Source: Patescibacteria group bacterium (lineage in GTDB: Bacteria; Patescibacteriota; Patescibacteriia; Patescibacteriales; BM507). Taken from it: a stretch of DNA of 60,059 nucleotides. Under the pieces are notes generated by a model. The model ran no database searches. It was not told the DNA's origin and saw only the letters and a list, made by a program, of their open reading frames with translations. Positions 33,069 through 41,351 of the stretch are shown piece by piece (the stretch's first letter is position 1; the number at the start of each line of letters is the position of its first letter). Position numbers and translations under genes: made by a program. Location of the stretch: the NCBI GenBank assembly GCA_027858235.1, contig JAQIDC010000028.1, positions 77,184-137,242 on the forward strand. Reading direction: 5' to 3'.

Positions 33069-34262
33069 TTACATCATCTTTTTTCGAATAAAGGCTGGAA
33101 TTCCTATTTCATCATCATCTTCGCCTCCTTCTGTATCTATTGTTTCTTTCTTGGCTGGCTCCTGTTGAGCTTCTTTTAGAGGAGAAAACTTAGATGGCTT
33201 GCTCTCCTCCTCTTTCTTTAGCTTTGCATCCTCATCTTGTTCATTGGACAAGAAAGCACTTGGAGTATATCCTCTATCAATAGAACCTAAATCTCCTTTA
33301 CTCCCAACCCTTCCGTCAAAACCTGTAGCCACCACTGTTATTTTAATTTCATCTTTCATTTTCTCATCAATTACAGTACCAAAGATAATTTTGGCATCTT
33401 CGTCTGCTGAGGCAGTAATAATTTTTGAAGCTTCACTAACCTCAACCATACCGAGAGAAGGACCCCCTGTAATAGTAAAGAGTATTCCTCGAGCTCCTTC
33501 AATAGACATTTCAAGTAAAGGTGAATTAATAGCTGCTTTTGCTGCCTCAAGAGCCTTATTCTCTCCACTAGCCTGCCCAATACCCATTAGAGCAGATCCT
33601 GCATTAGCCATAACGGCCTTAACATCAGCAAAGTCAACATTAATAAGACCAGGAACTGTAATGAGTTCTGCTATCCCTTGGACACCTTGTCTTAAAACCT
33701 CATCGACTATTTGGAAAGCGTCCAAAAGTGATGTTTTTTTATCTATGCTTTGTAAAAGTTTGTCATTTGGAATTGTAATTATTGTATCAACCTTATCAGA
33801 TAGCTCTGTTAAGCCTCTTTCTGCTAGATTTTTTCTTTGTGCCCCTTCGAAAGCAAATGGCTTTGTAATCACAGCAACTGTTAGAGCACCTAGGTCACGA
33901 GCAATCTCAGCCACCACAGGAGAAGCTCCTGTACCAGTTCCACCACCCATACCGCAGGTAACAAAAACCATATCAGCGTCTTTAAGTGCGTCTCTTATTT
34001 CATTTTGTGATTCTTCGGCAGCTTGTGCTCCCAATTCAGGATTCATTCCAGCGCCTAATCCTCTAGTTATTGATTTTCCAATATGCAATTTGATGTTTGC
34101 CTTATTGTAGTGCAGTGCTTGAACGTCTGTATTAACCGCAATAAACTCGACACCCTTAACACCGGCGTCAATCATTCTATCAATAGCGGTTCCTCCTCCT
34201 CCTCCAACTCCAACTACTTTAATTTTAGCAAAAGTTTCAATTGCTGGTTTTACTTCAGCCAT
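33069..34262 (-). CDS. ftsZ: Cell division GTPase FtsZ
   Basis: [13 protein letters not shown], tubulin signature [16 protein letters not shown], and the C-terminal peptide [14 protein letters not shown]. Confidence 0.97.
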   Translation of the reverse strand: MAEVKPAIETFAKIKVVGVGGGGGTAIDRMIDAGVKGVEFIAVNTDVQALHYNKANIKLHIGKSITRGLGAGMNPELGAQAAEESQNEIRDALKDADMVFVTCGMGGGTGTGASPVVAEIARDLGALTVAVITKPFAFEGAQRKNLAERGLTELSDKVDTIITIPNDKLLQSIDKKTSLLDAFQIVDEVLRQGVQGIAELITVPGLINVDFADVKAVMANAGSALMGIGQASGENKALEAAKAAINSPLLEMSIEGARGILFTITGGPSLGMVEVSEASKIITASADEDAKIIFGTVIDEKMKDEIKITVVATGFDGRVGSKGDLGSIDRGYTPSAFLSNEQDEDAKLKKEEESKPSKFSPLKEAQQEPAKKETIDTEGGEDDDEIGIPAFIRKKMM

Positions 34263-34333
34263 ATAAAAATATTAATAATTTATCTTTTAATCTATATAAT
34301 CTTAATATAAAGGTTTAAAATTGGCAAGCTATC

Positions 34334-35593
34334 TTATGGCTTGAACTTTGAAAAAATATCTCGAACATTTCTCACCACTCCATCAAGGGTTTTTTTAAGG
34401 GCAACACCCCTAGAACCACCGTCATCTATAAATTGGTTACCCCAAGCAACAAGTCCAAGTGCTGTTAAATAGTTTTGCTCATTAACTTTTTCGATAACGG
34501 TTGGGATTGTTTTGTTTACAGCAATACAAGCAGGAAGCCTTAACTCTCTTTTTGCAACATCAATAATATCATTCAGTTTTGTGCCGGCGCCAACTAAGAA
34601 GACTCCGGCTGGAAGCATGCCAGATCTATCAACTTTTTTTAACTCAATATCAACTTTTTTAAATATCTCTTCGACCCTAGCTTCAATAATTTCTGAAATA
34701 TATTTTTTGGAAATTACTCTAGAATCTTCTTCTGAGTTTTCTTCTCTGGCCATTTCAGAAATATCCACTTCGTCTTTTTTCCCAAATTTTTCAGAATTAG
34801 CAGAACCATGTTCTATTTTTATTCTCTCAGCCAAATTGATAGGACACCTAAGCCCGATAGCAACATCGGCAGTGATGTGTTCTGACCCAATAGGCAAGAT
34901 TGCAGTATGCAATAATTCACCTTCTTCAAAAACAGCCAAGCTAGTTGTTGATGAGCCAATATTAACTAGTATCGCACCAAGCTCTTTTTGCTTTGAGCCA
35001 ATAACAGCTTCAGCGGCTGCCAATGGAGATAAAACTAAATCTTCAATACCAAGACCAGTTCTATATATCGCTTTTGTTAGATTATTAATTTGAGATGAAA
35101 GTCCTTGAATAATTAAAGCTTCAACTTCTAACCTGACTCCAGTCATCCCAATGGGGTCTTTAATATCTTCTTGATTATCAACAATATATTTTACAGGGAT
35201 AACATGTAATATTTCATAATTAGGAGGAACCGACAAAGCCCTAGCAGCCTCAATGGCGCGCTCTACATCATCGCGACCGATTTCATTATCACTTTTTGAG
35301 ACAGCAACAACACCCTTACTTCTTTCACATTTAATGTGGGGGCCGTTAATGCCCACCCAAACACTTGAGATGGGGACACCGACAAGCCTTTCAGCTTTTT
35401 CTAGACAAGCAGAAATAGAAGATGTAACATCTTCTATGCTATTTACTGTTCCCTTATTAATTCCTTCGGAGGGAACGGAGACAGCACCAATAATTTGAAC
35501 CTTGTCACCGCTGTCACTATTAATTCTTTGACCTACTACTAACCTAACTTCAGTTGAGCCAATATCTAGTCCGGCAATTATGTCATCTTTCAT
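34334..35593 (-). CDS. ftsA: Cell division protein FtsA
   Basis: Actin-fold motifs (GLDIGSTEVRLVVG, ..VNIGSSTTSLAVF..). Sits directly upstream of ftsZ. Confidence 0.9.
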   Translation of the reverse strand: MKDDIIAGLDIGSTEVRLVVGQRINSDSGDKVQIIGAVSVPSEGINKGTVNSIEDVTSSISACLEKAERLVGVPISSVWVGINGPHIKCERSKGVVAVSKSDNEIGRDDVERAIEAARALSVPPNYEILHVIPVKYIVDNQEDIKDPIGMTGVRLEVEALIIQGLSSQINNLTKAIYRTGLGIEDLVLSPLAAAEAVIGSKQKELGAILVNIGSSTTSLAVFEEGELLHTAILPIGSEHITADVAIGLRCPINLAERIKIEHGSANSEKFGKKDEVDISEMAREENSEEDSRVISKKYISEIIEARVEEIFKKVDIELKKVDRSGMLPAGVFLVGAGTKLNDIIDVAKRELRLPACIAVNKTIPTVIEKVNEQNYLTALGLVAWGNQFIDDGGSRGVALKKTLDGVVRNVRDIFSKFKP

Positions 35594-35698
35594 AAATAAA
35601 AATTATGTACAAATTTTTTATACATCTACAATTATATAATATATTATACTAAAAATTGAAAAATAAAACAATAGATTTTGGCCAAGTTAAGGAAAAGA

Positions 35699-36064
35699 CT
35701 ACAAAGTATCAATCAAATAAGGCCAAAATATAGAAATCCCTATTATTAAAGAAATAATTGAGGCGAGCATCACTGCAGCAGCGGTTATATCTTTAATTTC
35801 CTTAACATAAGTGTTGATTCTCGGTTTTAAGACGTCTGCTACTCTTTCAACAGCACTGTTTATGGTTTCCATTAATAGAACAAGTCCTATCGAAAAAACT
35901 ATTAACAATAATTCAATCTTGTCTATTCTATAAAACCAAGCAAGCGATAAAGCGAGAAGCCCTAAAAAAAACTGAATTCTTAAATTCTGTTCCTCCTTAA
36001 ATATTTTGATCAGTCCGTTAACGGCATATTTAAAACTTTTAAACAGTCTGCGTATTTTAATCAT
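35699..36064 (-). CDS. dgkA: Diacylglycerol/undecaprenol kinase family membrane protein
   Basis: 121 aa, three TM helices, ..ETINSAVERVAD.. motif. Confidence 0.8.
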   Translation of the reverse strand: MIKIRRLFKSFKYAVNGLIKIFKEEQNLRIQFFLGLLALSLAWFYRIDKIELLLIVFSIGLVLLMETINSAVERVADVLKPRINTYVKEIKDITAAAVMLASIISLIIGISIFWPYLIDTL

Positions 36065-36066
36065 TG

Positions 36067-36474
36067 TTATAATTTTAATGTTTTAATAAAATTCTCCCCC
36101 AGAGCAATCATTTTAAACTCCTCTTTCTCTGTTTTATCATCATAACCCAATAAATGAAGAAGACCGTGTACTAATATAAAAACAAGCTCTTCCCTCACGC
36201 TATTATTAAAATTCTTAGCCTGTCTTTCTATTTGGGCATAATCAATAATCAACTCTCCAAGGAACTCTTCTTCTCCTTCAAATGATAATATATCCGTTAT
36301 TTTATTATAGCCTCTATATATTTTATTTATAGTTTGCATGCGCCTGTCACCAACGAAAACCACTGACAACTCAAATTTGTTTTTTTTATATTTTGTTAAA
36401 AATTGCTCAGAGACTTTTTTAACTAACTTTAAATCTATCTTTGTTCTAGTCTTATTTGAAATATCAATAGGCAT
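36067..36474 (-). CDS. ybeY: rRNA maturation endoribonuclease YbeY
   Basis: HGLLHLLGYDD zinc-binding motif; 135 aa. Confidence 0.9.
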   Translation of the reverse strand: MPIDISNKTRTKIDLKLVKKVSEQFLTKYKKNKFELSVVFVGDRRMQTINKIYRGYNKITDILSFEGEEEFLGELIIDYAQIERQAKNFNNSVREELVFILVHGLLHLLGYDDKTEKEEFKMIALGENFIKTLKL

Positions 36475-36477
36475 ATT

Positions 36478-37605
36478 CTAATTCAGAACCGTGAAAGTGT
36501 TAAAAACAATTTCAAAAATATTTAAATATTTATTGTTATCATTGCTTGAGTAATTCAGGGCAATAACATAGTTATCTATATTGTTCTTAAAAAATATAGC
36601 TTTTGAATCTGCATTCTTTATTGCCCTCCAGCTACCTTTAGCGAAACCCAAGTTGCTATCAATAACATTAACTCCAAATTGACTTTTGTACCAGTCTTCT
36701 ATGCTTAGTTTTTTTTCATTAGCTTCAATAAATATTTGAAAAAATTGTTCTTCTCCTAAGTCTAGAATTATAGCATCATTGGTGTTTGCGGTTACTGTAA
36801 AAGATACTGGATGATAAAAAGAAAATTGATATTTAGAGTTTGTAAATTTTTTAAAATTTAAGTTATCACTTATCTCACCTTCTCCCAGAGGATTGTATCC
36901 ATTTAACATTTCAGCTAAATCTGCATAAGTGTCGCTGTCTGTGTCTGGGGAAGAATCACTAGTTCCTGCTGCTATTTCTTCTTCTTTCGAGAGGCCATCC
37001 TTATCATAATCTGTTAAAATTATTGTGGGAGTAGGAACCTCTTGTTCCTCAGAAATCATCTCTTCTGAGTCTATATCACTATCTTGATCTATTAAGTTTT
37101 CAACTTCTTTTTCTTGAGCTACTGCACCCTCAATTTCCTCGGCTATAACTTCTCTTTTTTTCTCTGAGTTAACGGTTGCTGTATCGGGGGTATTTTCTTT
37201 AATCTGATTATTCGTTTTTTCTGGAGCTTTAACCTTTTGACCCAGGTCGCCCTCTCTGACTTCGTCATTCACCTTGTCTTGTGTTGCAATATTGGTTTCC
37301 GTATTTGTCTTATTGGATTGCTCTTCATTGATGACAATGCTAGGATTAGCCACATTTGCACCATCCCCCTTCATGATAAAATAATAATAAGACCCAGCTA
37401 AAGACAAAATTAGAAATAAGGAACCAAAAATTAAAATAATAAACCCTGTCTTTTTTGCGTTATCTGCTTCTCCCTCTACGTGAGCTGATGATTTCTTATA
37501 ACCCTTGGGCATTGTGAAAACATGAGTATCTTTAAAATTAAAATTCCCTTTTTTTGTTGCTCCAGATTGGATTATTTCTATATTTTTTTTAATGCTACTG
37601 TCCAT
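36478..37605 (-). CDS. Membrane-anchored acidic protein with one TSP3-like Ca-binding motif
   Basis: 375 aa. TM segment FIILIFGSLFLILSLAGSYYYFI. An acidic linker is followed by ..DYDKDGLSKEEE.. Confidence 0.5.
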   Translation of the reverse strand: MDSSIKKNIEIIQSGATKKGNFNFKDTHVFTMPKGYKKSSAHVEGEADNAKKTGFIILIFGSLFLILSLAGSYYYFIMKGDGANVANPSIVINEEQSNKTNTETNIATQDKVNDEVREGDLGQKVKAPEKTNNQIKENTPDTATVNSEKKREVIAEEIEGAVAQEKEVENLIDQDSDIDSEEMISEEQEVPTPTIILTDYDKDGLSKEEEIAAGTSDSSPDTDSDTYADLAEMLNGYNPLGEGEISDNLNFKKFTNSKYQFSFYHPVSFTVTANTNDAIILDLGEEQFFQIFIEANEKKLSIEDWYKSQFGVNVIDSNLGFAKGSWRAIKNADSKAIFFKNNIDNYVIALNYSSNDNNKYLNIFEIVFNTFTVLN

Positions 37606-37609
37606 ATTT

Positions 37610-38404
37610 TTATTTTATATCATATAGTTTACCATCTCCATTTGGGTTATAACCAGCCTTCACTTCGCTGCCATCTGAAAAACTATCCCCATCAGTATCT
37701 TTGTTCTTTGGATCAGTTCCATAAACAGCGACCTCTTCTCTATCAAACAAGCCATCACCATCCGTATCAATATTATTTATATTTATTCCAAGTTCCATCT
37801 CTTTTTGGTCACTCAAACCATCACCATCTGTATCCTTATCACTGGCGACCGTGTTGTTGGTTTTTACATCATTTTTTTTAACTTCTTGAATATCTTCTAT
37901 TTGATTATTTTCTGGAACAATATTTTTTAAGGAGTCTTCATTAATATTTTCTTCATCTTCAACCACCCTTTCAACAACATCTTGCTCTGTATTTTTTTCT
38001 GTATTAAAAATAATATCTTTTAAGAATTTATCGTAAGCAAAGTATCCACCGACAGCCACAAGTACGACAAGAATAATGATTAAAAATATTTTCAAAAAAG
38101 GAGATTTTTCTTTTTCAGTTTCATTTTGATTATTTTCTTTATCCACCGGGGCAAATACATCTGGTTTTTCTTTTCCTTGATTATATGATGATCCTTCTGA
38201 GGCGTTATTTTCCATCGCTAAATCATCCTCCTCATTAGAAAAAATATCTTCTATTCCCTCGGCAGGAACAACTGGAGTTCTTTCAGTAACATCACTCACA
38301 TTTTCTTCATTGATCTCCTCACTTTCATTCTCAATATTTTTTTTTATAGAAGCTTCTCCCCCTTCGAAATTTACGTTTTCTTTTTTATCAATTTCATCAA
38401 ACAT
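37610..38404 (-). CDS. Membrane-anchored protein with thrombospondin type-3-like repeats
   Basis: 264 aa. TM segment IFLIIILVVLVAVGGYFAY. C-terminal DTDGDGLSDQKE / DTDGDGLFDREE / DTDGDSFSDGSE repeats. Confidence 0.6.
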   Translation of the reverse strand: MFDEIDKKENVNFEGGEASIKKNIENESEEINEENVSDVTERTPVVPAEGIEDIFSNEEDDLAMENNASEGSSYNQGKEKPDVFAPVDKENNQNETEKEKSPFLKIFLIIILVVLVAVGGYFAYDKFLKDIIFNTEKNTEQDVVERVVEDEENINEDSLKNIVPENNQIEDIQEVKKNDVKTNNTVASDKDTDGDGLSDQKEMELGININNIDTDGDGLFDREEVAVYGTDPKNKDTDGDSFSDGSEVKAGYNPNGDGKLYDIK

Positions 38405-38430
38405 AATATTTTTATTATTTTCTTTTTTTA

Positions 38431-40089
38431 TTATACCCCAGAAGCTGTCCTTGGGTCAAAGCCGGCTTGAACCTCTTCCCCGTCGAGGAATCCGTCATTG
38501 TCAGTATCTAAGTCTTTTGGATTAGTAAAATATTTATTTATTTCATCTCCATCTGATAAACCATCTCCGTCAGTATCACTTTTTATTGGGTCTAGATCAT
38601 TTTTTATTTCATAGAGATTATTAAGACCATCTCCATCTGTGTCTTTTGATATTGGATCTAGTCCTTTTTTAATTGATTCATAATCTGTTACGTCATCTCC
38701 ATTAGTATCGCTTTTGTAAATATTTGTTCCTAATTCAATTTCTTCTTTATCAGATAATCTGTCTCCATCAAAATCAAAATCACCTGGTCCCAGAGGGTTT
38801 GTTCCTGCCTCTATTTCATCCCTATCATTCACACCATCTCCATCAGTATCTTTTTTGGTGGCGTTGGTTAAATAGAATATCTCATCAACATCTATTAATC
38901 CATCTCCATCGGTATCACTTTTCCAGCCTTCACCAAGTGGGTTTTTACCGTTCTTTATTTCATTATAATCACTTAACCCATCTCCATCTGTGTCTCTATT
39001 GTTTGGATCTGTTCCCCAAAGAATCTCTTCAGCATCAGTTAGCCTGTCATTATCGGAGTCTCCTGAAAGTGGGTCACTATCCGCGCTGTCTAATATTCCG
39101 TCACCATCTGAATCTGGTCGCTGGACACTGGTGCCTAATTGTATTTCATCGTAATCAGATAAACCATCTTGATCAGTATCAGCATCCAGTGGGTTACCTC
39201 CTTTTTTTTCTATAATTTCTTCATAGTCACTTAGCCCATCACCATCTGTATCTGGATTAAAGGGGTCTGTATTCATCCAGAGTTCTTTTTCATCCCAAAG
39301 ACCATCGCCATCAATATCTAGTTCAGTTACTTTTTTATTAATATTTTCTGGCTTAAATTTTTCAAAACATACTCTTTGATATTTACTGGAAAGTAATTTT
39401 TGACAATCTTCTTTGATGCTAATTAAATAATAATCCCTAGCTGAATTACAATCCTCTCTATCTCCCCTATCTTTTAAATCATCACAAGCATCATAGAAAT
39501 TTTGAAAACACAAATTTTTATATTCTAATGTTTCTATTGAACTACATTCATTTATTTCATATCTTTCAGGAATAACAAAAGCATTTGTTCTATCTAGGCA
39601 TTCTTGTTTTTCGTAAGGTTCTCCTTCAAAAATTTCACAAAAATCTGTGTAACGAGTAGCTATGCTAGAGTCCTGAATACAAGACATAGAACGACTATGA
39701 TTTGGAATACGTTTACAACTATTAACGCTGTATAATTCCCTAACTAAACCATAAATACACTCACTTCTTTTATCGTAATTATTTATTTCTAAACAATAAC
39801 TAATGTCATCATTTAAATAAGCTACATTATAATTTACTTGGTTTAGACACTCTTCTTTTTCTTCCCCGACCAAATCTATACAATCCTCAAAACCCAAAAC
39901 AACTGGCGTGAAAGTTTCTCTTTTTACGTCATTTGGATTTGTACTTATTATTTTTTCTCGTTGTGGTGTTTCTACTTGTTCATAAACTATATTTTCTTCA
40001 TCATTTTTAAAAACCAAATAAAGAGAAATTAAAAGAATCAATATAAGAAAAGAAAGAATAGCTATACTTTTTAAATTTAGAAATTTCAT
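38431..40089 (-). CDS. Anchored protein with a Cys-rich region and more than 10 TSP3-like (DxDxDGxxDxxE) repeats
   Basis: Start moved to the ATG at 40089 (MKFLNLKSIAILSFLILILLISL), removing the overlap with the upstream gene. Repeats include DIDGDGLWDEKE, DTDGDGLSDYEE, DTDQDGLSDYDE, DSDGDGILDSAD and others. Confidence 0.7.
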   Translation of the reverse strand: MKFLNLKSIAILSFLILILLISLYLVFKNDEENIVYEQVETPQREKIISTNPNDVKRETFTPVVLGFEDCIDLVGEEKEECLNQVNYNVAYLNDDISYCLEINNYDKRSECIYGLVRELYSVNSCKRIPNHSRSMSCIQDSSIATRYTDFCEIFEGEPYEKQECLDRTNAFVIPERYEINECSSIETLEYKNLCFQNFYDACDDLKDRGDREDCNSARDYYLISIKEDCQKLLSSKYQRVCFEKFKPENINKKVTELDIDGDGLWDEKELWMNTDPFNPDTDGDGLSDYEEIIEKKGGNPLDADTDQDGLSDYDEIQLGTSVQRPDSDGDGILDSADSDPLSGDSDNDRLTDAEEILWGTDPNNRDTDGDGLSDYNEIKNGKNPLGEGWKSDTDGDGLIDVDEIFYLTNATKKDTDGDGVNDRDEIEAGTNPLGPGDFDFDGDRLSDKEEIELGTNIYKSDTNGDDVTDYESIKKGLDPISKDTDGDGLNNLYEIKNDLDPIKSDTDGDGLSDGDEINKYFTNPKDLDTDNDGFLDGEEVQAGFDPRTASGV

Positions 40090-40099
40090 AAATATTTTT

Positions 40100-41329
40100 C
40101 TAATAACAATAACACAAAGTCTCACCAATCCTAAAACCAGCTGTTGCTGTTTCCATGCAGTGCACGCCACCTGTTAAATAACCTGATTTACAATCATTGG
40201 TGGCTAAATTACTATTTAGATTGCAATCATTTCCATTGTCATGCATAACAGAAACACAAGAATTTGATACTACCTGAGAAAGACCAACTCCAACACAAAC
40301 CCTGTTTTCTCTTAAGCAGACATCATCACAATTAAAAACACTTGAATAATATACTAAGTTCGAATGATCCATTACATAGCCACCTATACCCATATCTGAA
40401 GCAAGTGCTCTTACTACCAAGAATGGGGTCCCAACTATATTCCCGTCTTGAAGCTCGGCAACATTACCTCGACAACATTCGTCAAAAACAGGTGAACCAC
40501 CCATAACACTAAAAATATCAAAACATTCAAGCATCCCAGTATTTTCACAGGTAAACATTCCCTTTTGACATTCACCGCTATCAATAATTCCATTATCATT
40601 TGTATCTATATAACAACCTCTGGCTAAATCTGGATCCGTGGCGCAACCAAGCTGGCAATCGGAAGAGCATGATAGTTGCAATACTGCAAAAGTTGAATCA
40701 CTTACAGGACCAACCCTTAGTTCATAGTCAGCCTTTGTTTCCATCGGGTCACAGGTTTCTAGGGGATTTCCAGTAATAGGATGTGCGCTTTGAACAATTC
40801 CATCTCCACACCAGCCACCTCCACTAAAAGAATCTAGAAATGAACATGAGCCAGTACAATCTGTCGCTGGAAAACATGGTCCTGAGCAGGCATAAGATTT
40901 ACTCATGCTGCTTTCAGAAGGAGTAAAAGCTATACCATTTAATCCATCGCATTCTTCATTGCCGTCATTTATAGGACCTCCATCTCCTTCTGAGTTTGGA
41001 GTCTGAACTCCATTATCTCCGCAATAAGAATCTACAACCAAGGTGTAGGCATAGGGATCGGATACAGCGCCATATTCATCAGTAACTGTCACCTCAATAA
41101 TATGTGTGCCCACACTAGCTGAGGATCCGCTAATAATCCCTGTATTGGGGTCAATTACAACCCCTGGAGTAGTTTCAGTCAATGAATAAGAAAAAGAATT
41201 TCCTTCCTGATCAACGGCATCAATATTGCAAGGAGTTAAAACACTTTGGGCGACTGAACCTTTTACGGAGAATAAAATAAAAAATAGTAATATTAAACTA
41301 AAATTTAATTTATTAAATATTTTTATCAT
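40100..41329 (-). CDS. Secreted protein: Ig-like (He_PIG-type) domain plus Cys-rich CGDG..ECD repeats
   Basis: Signal peptide. ..FSYSLTETTPGVVIDPNTGIISG.. Then YCGDNGVQ...EECDG and WCGDGIVQ...ETCD. Confidence 0.6.
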   Translation of the reverse strand: MIKIFNKLNFSLILLFFILFSVKGSVAQSVLTPCNIDAVDQEGNSFSYSLTETTPGVVIDPNTGIISGSSASVGTHIIEVTVTDEYGAVSDPYAYTLVVDSYCGDNGVQTPNSEGDGGPINDGNEECDGLNGIAFTPSESSMSKSYACSGPCFPATDCTGSCSFLDSFSGGGWCGDGIVQSAHPITGNPLETCDPMETKADYELRVGPVSDSTFAVLQLSCSSDCQLGCATDPDLARGCYIDTNDNGIIDSGECQKGMFTCENTGMLECFDIFSVMGGSPVFDECCRGNVAELQDGNIVGTPFLVVRALASDMGIGGYVMDHSNLVYYSSVFNCDDVCLRENRVCVGVGLSQVVSNSCVSVMHDNGNDCNLNSNLATNDCKSGYLTGGVHCMETATAGFRIGETLCYCY

Positions 41330-41351
41330 CTTTTTTTTATAAATTAATTAT

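Noticed and set aside
33199-34110. 303-aa plus-strand ORF (and 33371-33580, 34083-34310) overlapping ftsZ
   Set aside because: It lies antisense to, or out of frame with, an unambiguous ftsZ gene. Its translation is low-complexity and S/P/A/I-rich with no motifs, which is typical of a shadow ORF.
34512-35498. Plus-strand ORFs of 193 aa and 81 aa inside ftsA
   Set aside because: Both are antisense shadows of a well-supported ftsA reading frame. They have no motifs and no start context.
40090-40170. N-terminal 27-codon extension of the TSP3-repeat protein (track start 40170), overlapping the upstream gene by 71 nt
   Set aside because: The internal ATG at 40089 is followed directly by a typical signal/anchor sequence (MKFLNLKSIAILSFLILILL) and removes the overlap. 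The extension has no such features.
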